Shown here: piece by piece, positions 25,809 to 38,565 of the stretch | Numbering within the stretch: position 1 is the stretch's first letter | How the letters are laid out: every line of letters begins with the position of its first letter | Notes under the pieces: model-generated | Database searches by the model: none | What the model was told of the DNA's origin: nothing | Seen by the model: the letters and a program-made list of their open reading frames with translations, nothing else | Source of the DNA: Haliotis rubra | Lineage: Eukaryota | NCBI RefSeq assembly: GCF_003918875.1 | Contig: NW_025767270.1 | Span: forward strand, 434,001 to 498,000 | Length of the DNA: 64,000 nucleotides | Direction of reading: 5' to 3' | Translations under genes and position numbers: made by a program

Positions 25809-27246
25809 GAAACAAAAGTGCATGCTTGTAGCTATTGCATTGGATTCTAATTAAACGTCTTGTGGACAGGTTGTTGGGTAGCCTAGTGGTTAAACCCTTC
25901 GCCGAAGGTACGGGTTCGAGTCCTCACACGGGTGCAATGTGTGAAGCCCATTTCTGTTATGACTTGACGAATAACATCCGTGGATCACATCTGATGGTTT
26001 CCTTCAGTACTTTGTCGATACCCAACATGCCGCTATGATATCGCTTTAAAGTATGCAGCGGACTCAAATACATTTCACTCACTCAAAACCATGGGCTAAT
26101 TGGCATATGTCTCTTATGTTTTGGAAAAGACAAGGTATTTGCATAAAAGACAACCGGGGCTAAAGTAATCGTCAAACCTTCTTTGATTTTATTTTTGTTA
26201 ATCTCAACGTAAATGTCTTGTAGGGTGACAACCATTACAAACATATTCCTATGCAAATGATTTCAATCACACCCTTTCATCGCAAGCCGTCTTCATCAAA
26301 GATCTGAACGAACCACGTGTCACTTCCAAACCAATACAGCCATTGTAATGAATGACCAGCCATTTATTATGGTATGCCCATAGTATAAAAGGTATTACGT
26401 GAATGTTTTCAGTGTGAACAGGACGGGCTGGCGTTTGTGTCGACAAAAACAGAAATCCGGAAGATTGCTTCAAATGCTTCATAAATAAACAACCAATTAA
26501 ACGCCTGTATTTGCTTGAGAGGGGCTCGAATGGTGTTCTGAAACGCGATCGTACAATGACGCTGCAGCTGCCTTTGTTATGGGTCAATCAAAGGATTATC
26601 GAATTTCAGACTACACCTATAAATTGCCATTGAAACGGGAAGAGTATTCGGATGCAGCGCTCACCCGGGTTGGCAACCCTTATTGGCGGATCCGGGACAT
26701 ACGTGACAGTGAAAACAGAATATGTTTTTCGTTCAATAACCTAGAATGTAGTGAGTGGGCGAATGTGGTCATTTGCCGGTTTTAGCTTTATCCTTGTAAT
26801 GTGGCTTGCTGTTATATGGCGCCGGTCTGTACATCATCGAGATGGGAGCAGATGAACTAGCTAGTGATTGATAGTACGAGCAACGGTTCTCGTGGTTGGG
26901 GTCCAATGTTTTTATCATCGAGCCGGACCTACTGTCCATTCAGTGTTCTCTCACATTTATATTACGTATAACACAGCGAGCGACAGCTAAACTGGCCATT
27001 TTATATATAGTATTCCAAAGTTCGGATTCTAACCCGATTGTTGCATAGGCATATTCAGAACCCAACTGTAAAAAAAAGCATGGAAACATTGGGTATTTCT
27101 CAATCATTTGTCAGGGGAAGCCCCAATGGCGAGGAGTTCCCGTGAAACGTGGACAAATTGGTTAGGTAGCATTGTCTTTTCCACGCTACCTTTAAAAGGC
27201 GCCTCTTGATTTCCCCGGTGATCTGGCCAGCTTTCGTTTAGGAGCA

Positions 27247-27417
27247 GGGCGCTGGGGTAGCCTAATGGTTAAAGCGTTGGCTCGTCACGCCGAAGACCCG
27301 GGTTCGAATCCCCACATGGGCACAATGTGTGAAGCTCATTTCTGGTGTCCCCCGCCGTGATGTTGCTGGAATATTGCTAAAAGCGGCGTAAAACCAAACT
27401 CAGTCAGTCAGTCAGTC
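27247..27417 (+). mobile_element. Family A SINE, full length and young (tRNA-Asp-like head)
   Basis: Head gctcgtcacgccgaagacccgggttcgaatcccc resembles the tRNA-Asp(GTC) anticodon and T arms. 15-bp TSD TCGTTTAGGAGCAGG at 27234-27248 and 27416-27430. (CAGT)n tail. Confidence 0.93.
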
Positions 27418-28210
27418 GTTTAGGAGCAGGAAGAGTCCAATCACTCAAGACATGATTTATATGTGAAGAATGATCCGTTTCAGAAGTACCTTGAGACGGC
27501 AAGAAAACACCTGCTGTATCATTAACAATACTATCTGTACAAGAAGATCCACTCGAAGACATCCTTCTTTCAGGCAAGCATTCAGAGTATGCTACATTGA
27601 CTACTTTGATAAAGATTATCGCACCTGTTTTGTGCATGAATGGAACGGGCTGTCACTCCGCTATCCATCATCATAAGTGTCCATATCCATCACCATCTGT
27701 TACCAAGACTACAGTTACACCTGTTAATTTAACCATGACTTGTATGCACTGTAACGTGCCTCTTTCCTAAAACCCTAGTCTGCCATACAGACCCTGAAAC
27801 AAACATATCCATGAACGCCCATGCAAGTCTAGATTTCCCCGGGGATCCTTTTCACCACAATTCATTTTTTATGATTTTTTTTCTCTGTAAAATATGTTCA
27901 TTTCAGAGACTAGATGTTAGTCCACTAAAACCCAGAACGGCTCTCTTTCTTGGCGGAAGTGATCTTGACCTTCAATGACGATGGTTGGGACCGTTTCAAG
28001 AAATGGCGGTATCATGGTGTGAACACATAACATTCCTCGGGAGAGAATATTTGGTTGGAGACGGGATATTTAATTGCTCACTTCTTGCCTCTTTCCTTTC
28101 ATAATTTGATTTTACAACAAATCATTTGGGGTTAAACTGTTGCCTTTCTCCGATTTTATAAGCAGCTGTGGCTGTATCATGGGTATGTGTTAATGAATCA
28201 CTGTCACTTA

Positions 28211-28460
28211 GTGAGTGAGTGAGTGAGAGTTTAGTTTTACGCCGCACTCAGCAATATTCCAGCTATATGGTGGCGGTCTGTAAAAAATCGAGTCTGGACC
28301 AGACAGTCCAGTGACCAACAGCATGAGCATCGATCTACGCAATTGGGATACGGTGACATGTGTCAACCAAGTCAGCGAGCCTGACCACCCGATCCCGTTG
28401 GTCGCCTCTTACGACAAGCATGGGTTACTGAAGATCAGTTCCAACCCGGATCTTCACGGG
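28211..28460 (-). mobile_element. Family B element, full length (best copy)
   Basis: Runs from cccgtgaagatccggg to a (CACT)n tail; 9-bp TSD ACTTAGTGA at 28206-28214 and 28467-28475; no Pol III A/B box seen. Confidence 0.92.
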
Positions 28461-29748
28461 TTTATAACTTAGTGATGATACCAGGTATTCATGGGAAGGT
28501 CAGCGTACCAGTCACGAACACATGCAAAGGCAAGTCAAATTCGACCTGACCAAACACGGGAACATTGTTTTTATCATGTCTGGGATTACAGAACAGACAC
28601 CAGGGAGATATATCCTTGTTGTTATAGTGAGAGCATCACTCAAACCTTCCTCATTTCATCGCCGAAACACTAATACCATGCGGAATTGCATGTCAGAGTT
28701 GCGTGTGAGATTACATTTAATCTACTCATCTAATTCCACCTGAGTAATAGTGTTGGGTTTTACGTCAGAAGAAGTGCCGGGAGGTCATTCTGCATCAATA
28801 CCAATAACAACATCATCTTAATAAAACATACATAACAATACATCCATAAGATCAGTCATCCAGCTTGACATTGATGTGTAGCCAATCTCAGGTTTAATTA
28901 ACATTCTTAAAGGTTATGTGTAATTAACTTATTTAAATGTCATGGAAGTTGTTTTCTCCTTTTTAAATCTTAAAGCTAATGAATAGTTTACCGCGTTAAT
29001 CATGACGTAAGTAGCTGATGAGTATTCGTTCGTGTACTAATAAAACTTCAAGCATCACTGAGAACACGGTCTCGTACCTCTGGTCCGGTTTAAGAAGTCT
29101 CTAATTATGAGATCAGGTATAATCATAAAGGTCTGGATATGTTTAAACATGGAATTTACATCGGATGTTTCAAAGTGAAGGATGCTTTTGACTTGACTAG
29201 CTGTTAACATCTCAGTATGTTTAAGTATATGTTTATCTTTTTAGTGTCTTTGTCATTAGCAATCTTTTACATTAATCTTCTGACGTTATGCCAGGACTAG
29301 TAACGCAGAGTCTAATATGAAACAGATGACGTGCAAGGCTTATATATTCCAAAACAAATTGAGAAATCAGAGTGGTCTAAATTACATGAATGAACGGTTT
29401 CCAAAAGAGTGGGCTATGGTCATCAATATAGTGAATTATATTTAAGCTATGTCAAGCTAATAAGAAAAAAAAAGCAGTTAATATCTTTTGGGTTACTTAA
29501 ATTGTTTTAATGAACATCACTAGATGATAATGTATGCAACAAGTCAACACGAGAACATTTGGTACGTACGTGTAGAATTTCGCAAGTGGGATATTGGAAA
29601 TGTCAAAATCAGAAAGCAACATTTTAATAATGCCATAACAATCAGTGGTTTGGGGAAAATCTGTGTTAAGCCAAATAGGAGTTTCAGGTTCCACTTCACG
29701 GCATACTTGCCAGCGCTAAATCTCGCTCGCGGTCCTCACACACTAAGT

Positions 29749-29848
29749 GAATGAGCGAGTTTAGTTTTACGCCGCACTCAGCAATATTCCAGCTATATGG
29801 CGGAGGTTTGTAAATAATCGAGTCTGGCCCAGACAATCCAATGATCTT
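29749..29848 (-). mobile_element. Family B element, 5'-truncated
   Basis: 11-bp TSD ACACACTAAGT at 29738-29748 and 29849-29859. Confidence 0.88.
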
Positions 29849-30668
29849 ACACACTAAGTACCGTTGTACACACTGAACGGTCCTCTCATGTAATGGCCGT
29901 GGCCAAAACATACCTTGTCATGATGAAGTCCCAGGTTCGATTCTCTACATGGGGGACAATATGTGAAGCTCATTTCTGTCTTTTTAGGTTTCAAAGCGGA
30001 GTAAAACACAAGTCACTCTGTCACTCGCCTAAAGCGAACTCGTTTTGTTGGTATTTGAATTTCACAAATAGTTCCAGTTCAGCATTGTTTCACATATAAA
30101 CTGCAGCATATTGTTGAAAGATGGGGTAGAATTCTACATTTATGTTTTCAAAAAGTTCCACCCAACCTTGTAATTCCAGTAAAGTGGAAATGACCGCATT
30201 GATTTGATTTTCTCCAACACTATTGGTCAGCCCGGTTTTAAACAACCCTCGTTCATTTGAAATTTTTGAGATGCCATCGGGTTAAATTCTAGACACTGAC
30301 GCTTTTCATTCACAGTGTGTATTTCTTTTTTTCATTTTGAAAGTACGAGATTTAAACAGAGTAATCAGCGTACCTTTATAATGGAGTAGCACGTTGCATT
30401 TCAATTACACATACACGCAATAGCGTAATTCGGGTTATTCTGGAGAAAGGTGCTCAAACCATGAGAGACGTTAGACTTTCGGCTATTAATTCAATCATTT
30501 CACTGTACCGTCAGACCCAGATCTCACAAACAGGATTTATCTTGGCAGGCCACTCAGTATCCCTGTGTCAGCGCGAACGTGGAAAGTCTCACGAGAGCTC
30601 CAAACTCTCGCGAGAGTTTATTACCAAGCCCTTTGTAATCATGAACTGATATACTGAATTGAGATATA

Positions 30669-31067
30669 TACTACTCACACTTTGCTAAGGATCACAAAAA
30701 TTCACAACTTTACTTAAACGTAGATTCATAATTTGAAATTGTATCCGTTTAAAACTGGATAAATAAAATTATGGTAACCCCTCTTTAGGCAAACAGTCAT
30801 TTTAATCTAACCTAATGCACCTGATACATGAGTAACCTTAGAAATGGTTTTCATGGCACCAATCAACCATATTCCAAATCATGGAACGAGTCATTGACAA
30901 GTACACAACGCGTGTCAATAGCAGGTATTGGAACCACAAGATGGAATGACATACTGAAACCTAGGATCCATGCTTACAATAAGCTTATATATTTAAATCC
31001 AATTTGACTCCACATCATAGTTTTCTGTTGAATCCATGACTTGATCCTTAGCAAAGTGTGAATAGTA
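30669..31067. mobile_element. Tc1/mariner-type MITE, about 400 bp
   Basis: TIRs tactactcacactttgctaaggatca / tgatccttagcaaagtgtgaatagta (1 mismatch), flanked by TA. Confidence 0.8.
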
Positions 31068-32164
31068 TATATGTTCATAACCACCATGATCTCTAAATAG
31101 AAGCTGCTAGTGAAGGCAGTACGTAACCTAGTGCTTCAAGCATTGGATCGTCATGGGTTCGATTCTCAGTAAATATATATTAATTAATTATACCTATTAA
31201 TGGTGTCCCCTTCGTTATATCCTTAAATTATGAAAAATGCACTCCAATTTAAAAGGCACTGAAGTTTCATTTAAGGCCACCAAGAGATCAACAAAGCTAA
31301 ACCGATAGCGTACGCAATTTTTACACCTAGATTATTCAAGTATGTGAACAGATCATTGCGTTGACGCTTTTACTATTTACAAACATAATGTATTAAACTA
31401 TGTTTGAGATAGGCCAGCACTAAGACAACATCAAAACTTCATATCTATTCCAGCAATACCTATTCGACTGACAAGTGCATTTGAACGATATCAGTACCCT
31501 TCTCTAGTTCATGTGTAGACAAAAAGAGCAAGAGCTATTTTTATCCTCTGACGAAAATGCATTTGAAACTACACCACGGTCAAGTCAGTCCTTTGACGTC
31601 ACATCCTATCATGTGATCTATTACAAAGTTAATAACGTATGCTTACATTCATTCAATTCCATTGAAATATAGACGTATTTCCTGAAGATAAATCAAATGA
31701 AATGAAAATAAACAAAGAAGAAATGAGCACAGAAGCCCATTACTGAATATCAACCTTCACATAACTATCCATAATTACTTTTACGTTTTTACTCACGATG
31801 GTACTGCCACGTGAGTTAGCGTGATGACTTTATACGGCTTCGCAGTTGAATTATTCAGCGATAAAATAGATCTGGTTTTCGCAGCACCAAATGTCTGAAC
31901 TATTCTATGGATTCATGTCGTAAACATGATGGCAAAACACGAAACTGCCATGTTCAATTCATGTTGATGATGGTTAAATACACAGAAGGTTATTTATAAA
32001 AACGTATTAGATAAGGGAAACAATCAAGTTTAAAGACAATATAAATCTCAGGACCTAATTCTAAGTTAATTGTTATCTCTAACTCATTTACCGTTATCAA
32101 AGGCAAATAGACTAAGGTTGTTCAGTGGTGTCAAAAGATGCAAGTTATCTTTACACTTATTTTA

Positions 32165-32252
32165 GGGGCGGCGGGGTAGCCTAGTGGTTAAAGCGTTCGC
32201 TCATCACACCGAAGGTGCAATGTGTGAAGCCCATTTCTGGTAAGCCCATTTC
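32165..32252 (+). mobile_element. Family A SINE 5' fragment
   Basis: ggggcggcggggtagcctagtggttaaagcgttcgctc... Confidence 0.75.
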
Positions 32253-34422
32253 TATTCGATAAAACCCTGGTTAGCATCCTGTCATGTTCATTTTATTGTT
32301 TTACGCCTGTCGCTACTATTGTCAACGCAGGCGATATCTGTCATTGATGAATTACTCCCATTTAGATTTTCTGAAGGTTTGTTTCGCTGTACATTCAAAC
32401 AACAAAATTCAACACATTTTGTTGGCAAATAATACTTGAATATGACCCAAATCCATTAATAGTGATACTGAACCTACAGCCAACATGACAACATGACACC
32501 CTAACCTTTCTACACTGTTGATGATCAAGAAAGATTAAATTTGACAAATGCTGTGTGGCATGCAAAGGTTATTACTTCTGAAATAATGTGTCAATCATAT
32601 CTTCTGTAAAAATCATTTTCGTTTCATCTTGAAATAAAAACTCTAAAATCTCTCAGGAAATACATTTTAACAAATGCAATCAAAATATATTCCGACAAAA
32701 ACATAAATATATATATATAAAACCTAAACAATTAATTCAGACATTTTTAATATGTTTCTTAATATTCAGTGTTCTTACACAGATGTGGAAACCAAAACAA
32801 GATACTCCTTTTTCAAAGTTAGAAATTGTAAAAACGTGCTTTCATGAGCCAAAAGGAATTATTTGAAAAATAATGTTTACTGTAATCAATTTTCAGTTGT
32901 AAGATTTCGGTACCTTTCTGAAAATACAGTATATATAAATGTTAATATAGGGAAAAACAAAGGAACGACGAGAAACAATCATAAAACCATGATGTACAAA
33001 TACTTTTGTTGCATGTCTAACTGGAGCGAACAATCGTTGGTAAACATGATTGTACTCTAAAAAATAATAGCCTTGAGGTAGAAGTTCTATTATTGGGTGC
33101 AGTTGAATTCGCTGGTTCAATATATAGAGCTTCTGGGAGTTGGTAACATGATCATATGCACATTTGGACAAAGAAATGGAGGGAACACTAAAAAACCCAA
33201 ATGGTAAACTCTTGGCGTTTGAAGTGTGAATGGAAGGTAATGGTTCAACAATCGGAATATTACTTCAAGCAAACACCAGAAACCTTATAAAATATGAATG
33301 GTGATTAAATGGAAAGGCAATTTGCTTCTTCAAATGTTAATGACATTTGGCGCCAAGGCCACACAGGTCATGTAAAGAAAATTACCGATACACGATGAAG
33401 TCGTATAAGTATTTATGTGTACCTTCGCTTGTTAGTGAAGAAATAGAAGAAACTTACTATGAAATAGTTCGTTTATTGACAATTCAAATTTGGGCGTTGC
33501 CTTCTTTAAGAGATACCTGATTTCAAGGACAACTAAGTTTGTCGCAAGATCAACTTTCTGAATTTGTGTTGTACAACATCTGGACTTCAATTTGAATAAT
33601 TCGATTTTGTTTTTTGCTTGTTTTGCTATTTTTCATTTTTGCATAAAACTTTTTAAAAATGAAACATACAACTTTATGGAGTGTTTTGAGTTACCAACTT
33701 CTAGAATGCCCAACAAACAATTCACGTTACTTTTTGTCTTGCAACACGGGAACAATTTCTCAATCACAATGTTTTTAAACTCGAGTAAACTGTTAAGTTC
33801 TTTAAGAATCTATGTATCAGATGTCGGTGAACGTAAACATATATATGCTAGGACTCATTTCAACACTTCAGATTCTATGCATTAAGGCACCGACTCAATG
33901 TTAAGATACTTTCAGCAAAAATATGTTCTGTATATAACGCTAGAAGAGCAGTGTTATTGCGATCCTAATACCATAACTTATGATCTAATTATATAAGATT
34001 TTTGTCCTTACTAATACCATTATTCTTTTCTTGGCTGTGAAGATAATGAGAAAAGATGTATCTACCGTCTGATGCCAAAGAATATGCGTAAGGTGTCTTA
34101 CTCTCAAACTTTTAACTTCAAAAAGACAATGAAATATGGTATTTTTGCAAGGTATTCAGCAAACAAGAAGGTTCCCGAGAACACTTAGAAGAATGGAACA
34201 ACTCTAAATACAGCGTTTATAGACTTTAGAAACATTATACCCAAGGCGTTGATATTTTTGCTTAAAAATTGGAGACAATATTTGTCGACATAATCCCCTC
34301 CCTGGTGGGTTACGTTCTGCGGTCTGCTGCAGCAATAGTGCTCAATAGCGCCATCATGTCAGCCATTCATTCCAAGTTAGAATTTCATTCGTATGGAAGG
34401 GAGGTAGGGGATGATTCGTGTA

Positions 34423-34572
34423 CGATTGTTCATGATTCATGCCATGTGTAGTGACACACGTTCGATTGTTCATGATTCAAGCCATGTGTAGTGACACACG
34501 TTCGATTGTTCATGATTCATGCCATGTGTAGTGACACACGTTCGATTGTTCATGATTTCAGCCATGTGTAGT
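34423..34572. repeat. 40-bp tandem repeat, about 3.7 copies
   Basis: cgattgttcatgattcatgccatgtgtagtgacacacgtt at 34423, 34463, 34503 and 34543. Confidence 0.95.
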
Positions 34573-34640
34573 TACAAGCTGGCATTGACTCGCGTGTTCC
34601 GTTTATTAAAAAGAAATGACTGTTGACGTGACTTGATTAG

Positions 34641-34879
34641 TTGTTTTGTTCGTTTTGTTTGTTGTTCAACGCCACACTCGACAACATTCAAGCTAAGCGA
34701 CGATGGTCTGTAAATAATCGACCAGAAAATCCAGTGACTGACATCATGAGCACCGATTTTCTTAATTACATGGCATGCATCAACCAAGTCTGTGACTCTG
34801 ACCAGCCAACCCCACTAAGCCGCTTCTTACGACAAGTATGGAATGCTGAAGACAGAGTTTCACCCGGATCTTTATGGGT
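34641..34879 (-). mobile_element. Family B element, old and diverged
   Basis: cttacgacaag...ctgaagac...cccggatct recognisable along the full length. Confidence 0.75.
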
Positions 34880-36280
34880 GATTTAGTTGTAGTCACGTCA
34901 GTACGACGTTGTGAAGACATCATCACGACTTTGTAGCTGCATAGCACACTGGTTGGGGCATTTATCACATGCAGCATATCCACTAGAAATCTAAACTAAC
35001 AGTAGATATACATCAACGATCAATTTTTGAGTTATTAACAAGATTGAAACCAAACGTGCCATGTGATACAATGTATTTTACGACTTGGCGTAAAGATTAC
35101 CCGCTTACCGTACTTAATCCTTTAGTCGATATACATGACAATAGCAATAGTCTTTACAAGGAACGATAATCCCATCAAGTACAAAGTCGGCCCTGCTGTT
35201 ATCTCCGGCAGAGACCACGAATGAACATACGTTATACCGAGTGTCAGGTCCTATCTGGCGAGTTATCACTTCACGCTGATTGTCAGGGTGATATATTGTT
35301 TGGGCGGTAATGACGTTATTAGATTGGAAGAAACGTAACTATTGTGTCTTTGTAATAGTTTCCGTTTGATAATCAGTAGTCCAATCATTCTTCTGTCTGT
35401 GGGAAATGTTGATGCGGAAATCATTTAAACCAACTGGCTTTACCCAGTTTTTTAGCTTTGGTGTTGTGCAAATGAATTCTTGTTTTATAAGCTTTGAGCT
35501 TTGCTTTTGTGCAAATCTATTCAGGGAGAAAAAATGAAGTTTACATGAAATAATCGTTAGAGATGGTAGAACAGAATGTGTTATATCTAAACAAAGACAA
35601 CGATTTCATGGATTAAGTGCCTTTGTGATGTCATTGATAATGTATAACGCTTCGTTGCCTATGAACTGCATTGACTTACACTCAACAAAGGAAACAATGG
35701 CATTAACGAATAAATATTTAATGTATATTTCGCAAACATGTCTTAGTAGGTTTAGGTGTAAATCAATAGTAAAACACTGCAAGTATATATATACTTCTTA
35801 CGAATGAATGCTGTGGAAATGTATCACTGCAATCAACATTGATTATCTGTCAATCGATAGTAACAGTCATTAACAATGTATTAATTCGTCCGACCCAGAT
35901 TGATTAAAGTACCAGAAAGTGTATTTATCGATGAAAGGACAATGGTATTAAAACACATTGATTCAGATTATGACAGGTGGTGCCCAATAACTGTGTCAAA
36001 TTGAACTCTTGTTTGACGTAAATATGGTCATACAATATCTAAAATCAACATTGTGTCTCCAGAATAGAGAAAACGATACTAATGTTTCTGTCCCCGGGAT
36101 ACATTTTTGTCCAATGGAAATAATAACTAGCTTTATAAGGGCGGATATCATTGTGTCGTATATTGATACACACATTGCGGACATGGTAGCATTTCTTTAT
36201 TGACTTTATAGAATCAAATAGCAAAGAGGGGAAGGAGTGAATGTTGTCTAATGCCGCAGTGAGAAATTTTCCAGTTGTAT

Positions 36281-36645
36281 GAGGTGAGGTGAGGTGAGGA
36301 GAAATTGGGTTTAACGTCGTGCTTGATAATATTTCGCTCATATGACGACGTGCATGCGTGTGTATGTGTATGTGCGGCAGCTTGTACTAGCCCAGACTTA
36401 AGCTGGTTTTATAGTGCTAGCTCACTGAAATACCATGCCGCAGTGAAGCATGAATACCCCACTCAGACACATTATGCTGACTCCGAGCCGACCAGTCCTT
36501 GTTGTACCCATTAATACCGAGCGCCAGGCAGCGACCAACAAGTACCATATTTTAACGTCTTTTGGTATGAAGCAGTCGGGGATCGAACCCGCGACCTTCC
36601 GTTCTCCGGGCGGAGGCTCTAACCACTACACCATGGAGGCGGTCT
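36281..36645 (-). mobile_element. Family C SINE, full length
   Basis: tRNA-like head, Meta-like core (tcataccaaaagacgttaaaatatggtacttgttggtc..tgcctggcgctcgg), (CTCAC)n tail, AGTTGTAT on both flanks. Confidence 0.9.
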
Positions 36646-38565
36646 CTAGTTGTATAAAGGCCAGTGCACAATGTCATATTCATAAGACATTCTGTGAATG
36701 AAACCGTTAGCAACGATTCCTCAGCACTGGATGATGTCATGCAATCAGCTAATTCACAGCATCTGATTAAGTTCAATTTTAGTCGGTTTCTACGACAAGC
36801 TTGGAAATCTTGGAGCTGCACTGACTCGGTACTGCGGATTATGAATTAAATAGCACAGAGAAAGCATGCACCAAACATATCTAAAGGATCCTCTGAGACC
36901 AAGATTTTTAATCATATTGTGTTTGACACCAAGATTTTTCATCATATATTGAAAACGTCATAGTTTTGTTTCATTTTTAATACTGCCACCTCGATATTAA
37001 CTCGAACCGAAAACCATCCACAATTCCATTTATTTGTTCAATGGCAATAGTTAAGGTCTTAAAGCCGTCATTAATGGGCCTTCTCTCAAAATTGCTTGAA
37101 CTAATCTGCTTGACAAATTGCAATACATGATACGAACACCACCATTATCTGATATTTAATCTTTTTTGAGACAGGAGCAAAAATATTAAATGAAAAGAAA
37201 AACTAAACAAAACAGTCAGCATATCAATAACGTCATTTGTCGAAGTGATAACGTAATAGGTTTCTTTGATGATGCCAAGGCGATATGGTTGATGAGATGA
37301 TTATTTCTACAGAAACAGAAGAAAAAAAGTTAATTATCGAGATTTCAAATACGGTGCCAACGAAGATATTGCCATTATATTGTACTTTTCTTCTTGTTCT
37401 TAAAAGAGGGGCTAAGTTCAAGCAATATTGCTTTTCAGAATGATTAAACAAGGTAATTTAAACATCCCGTCTGATCATTTATGTTTCAGTTGGAATAGTT
37501 GTACCCATAACACGGAGTTTTAATTCTTTTTTTCCTGGTGCCAGCTCTTTGGTGGCCTCGACCCAAATGGTACCTCATGGCAGGATGTTTGACCTTGTCA
37601 TCTTCTTACCCAAATGCTACTTCATGGCAGAATATGTATGAACCTCGTCATCTTCTATAATTGCCCAACGATTTGCATAGTAGTTTTCTGAGTTTTTGTT
37701 TTTCTCGAACAAACAACTGATATATGAAATAAAGTTTGATGTTCAAAATTGTCTTATGTCCTGCTTATTACACAAACGATCTCATCGCTACAACTGTCGT
37801 AATTCAATGCCAGTGAATGGGTGAACTTGTTCAACATTGTCATGCTATAACACGGATATCTGTGCCGAGTCAAACACTCCTGGCGCTATCCCTTGATACC
37901 AGGCAGGGCAGCAACAAGTACAACCATTTAACATCTTTTGGCATGGCACAACCAGGATATCGTACGATGGACACTGTATCCTCTACACCATGAAGGTCCG
38001 TCTCCGTTACTGTTCGAGCTATCCGATAGCTGAAGGGCTAACATCGCTTTGGGGAAACTGACCCAGGGGTGTACATGTTCTTACTACAAGAAAAAGGTTT
38101 GGTGAAGGAATATTCAGACATGAGTGAAAAAGCATTCATGAAAACATCTTACTGAATTTTTTGGAAAACTACAGAACATCAAAGCCGCACTCACCCACAA
38201 TTCCCATCCCCCACTTGGCCTCTGACTGTATATCATTGCTGCACCTTACTGAAGGAGATTTGTGGTACGTTCCACGATGCCGTTTTATGTGATTTGCTGT
38301 ATATCCCATCACAGACATTACAGAAAAAGCTACTTATATAATTATCGTGTAATCGTAAATACCTTGTTTTAATGACATTATTCATTATGGCATAAGAGAC
38401 GCAAGTATGCTCTAGTAATTGGTGCACAAACTGAATTAGTTTCATGAAAAGTGTATCATTTGCGGCACTGCCAAGGCGTGGAGGAATTAGATTCCGTTCT
38501 CTGTGACTACTACACAAATATCGTCGATATCTGACATAGAGACAAATGGGTCTGCTTAGGTCAGT

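Noticed and set aside
27247-27320. tRNA-Asp gene (also other family A and C heads)
   Set aside because: There is no proper acceptor stem, and the head continues into a repeat body with tail and TSD, so it is a SINE head.
28390-28460. Family B head as a canonical HDV-like ribozyme
   Set aside because: Using gggtta/taaccc as P1 leaves only 14 nt for P2, P3 and L3, and there is no GG for P1.1.
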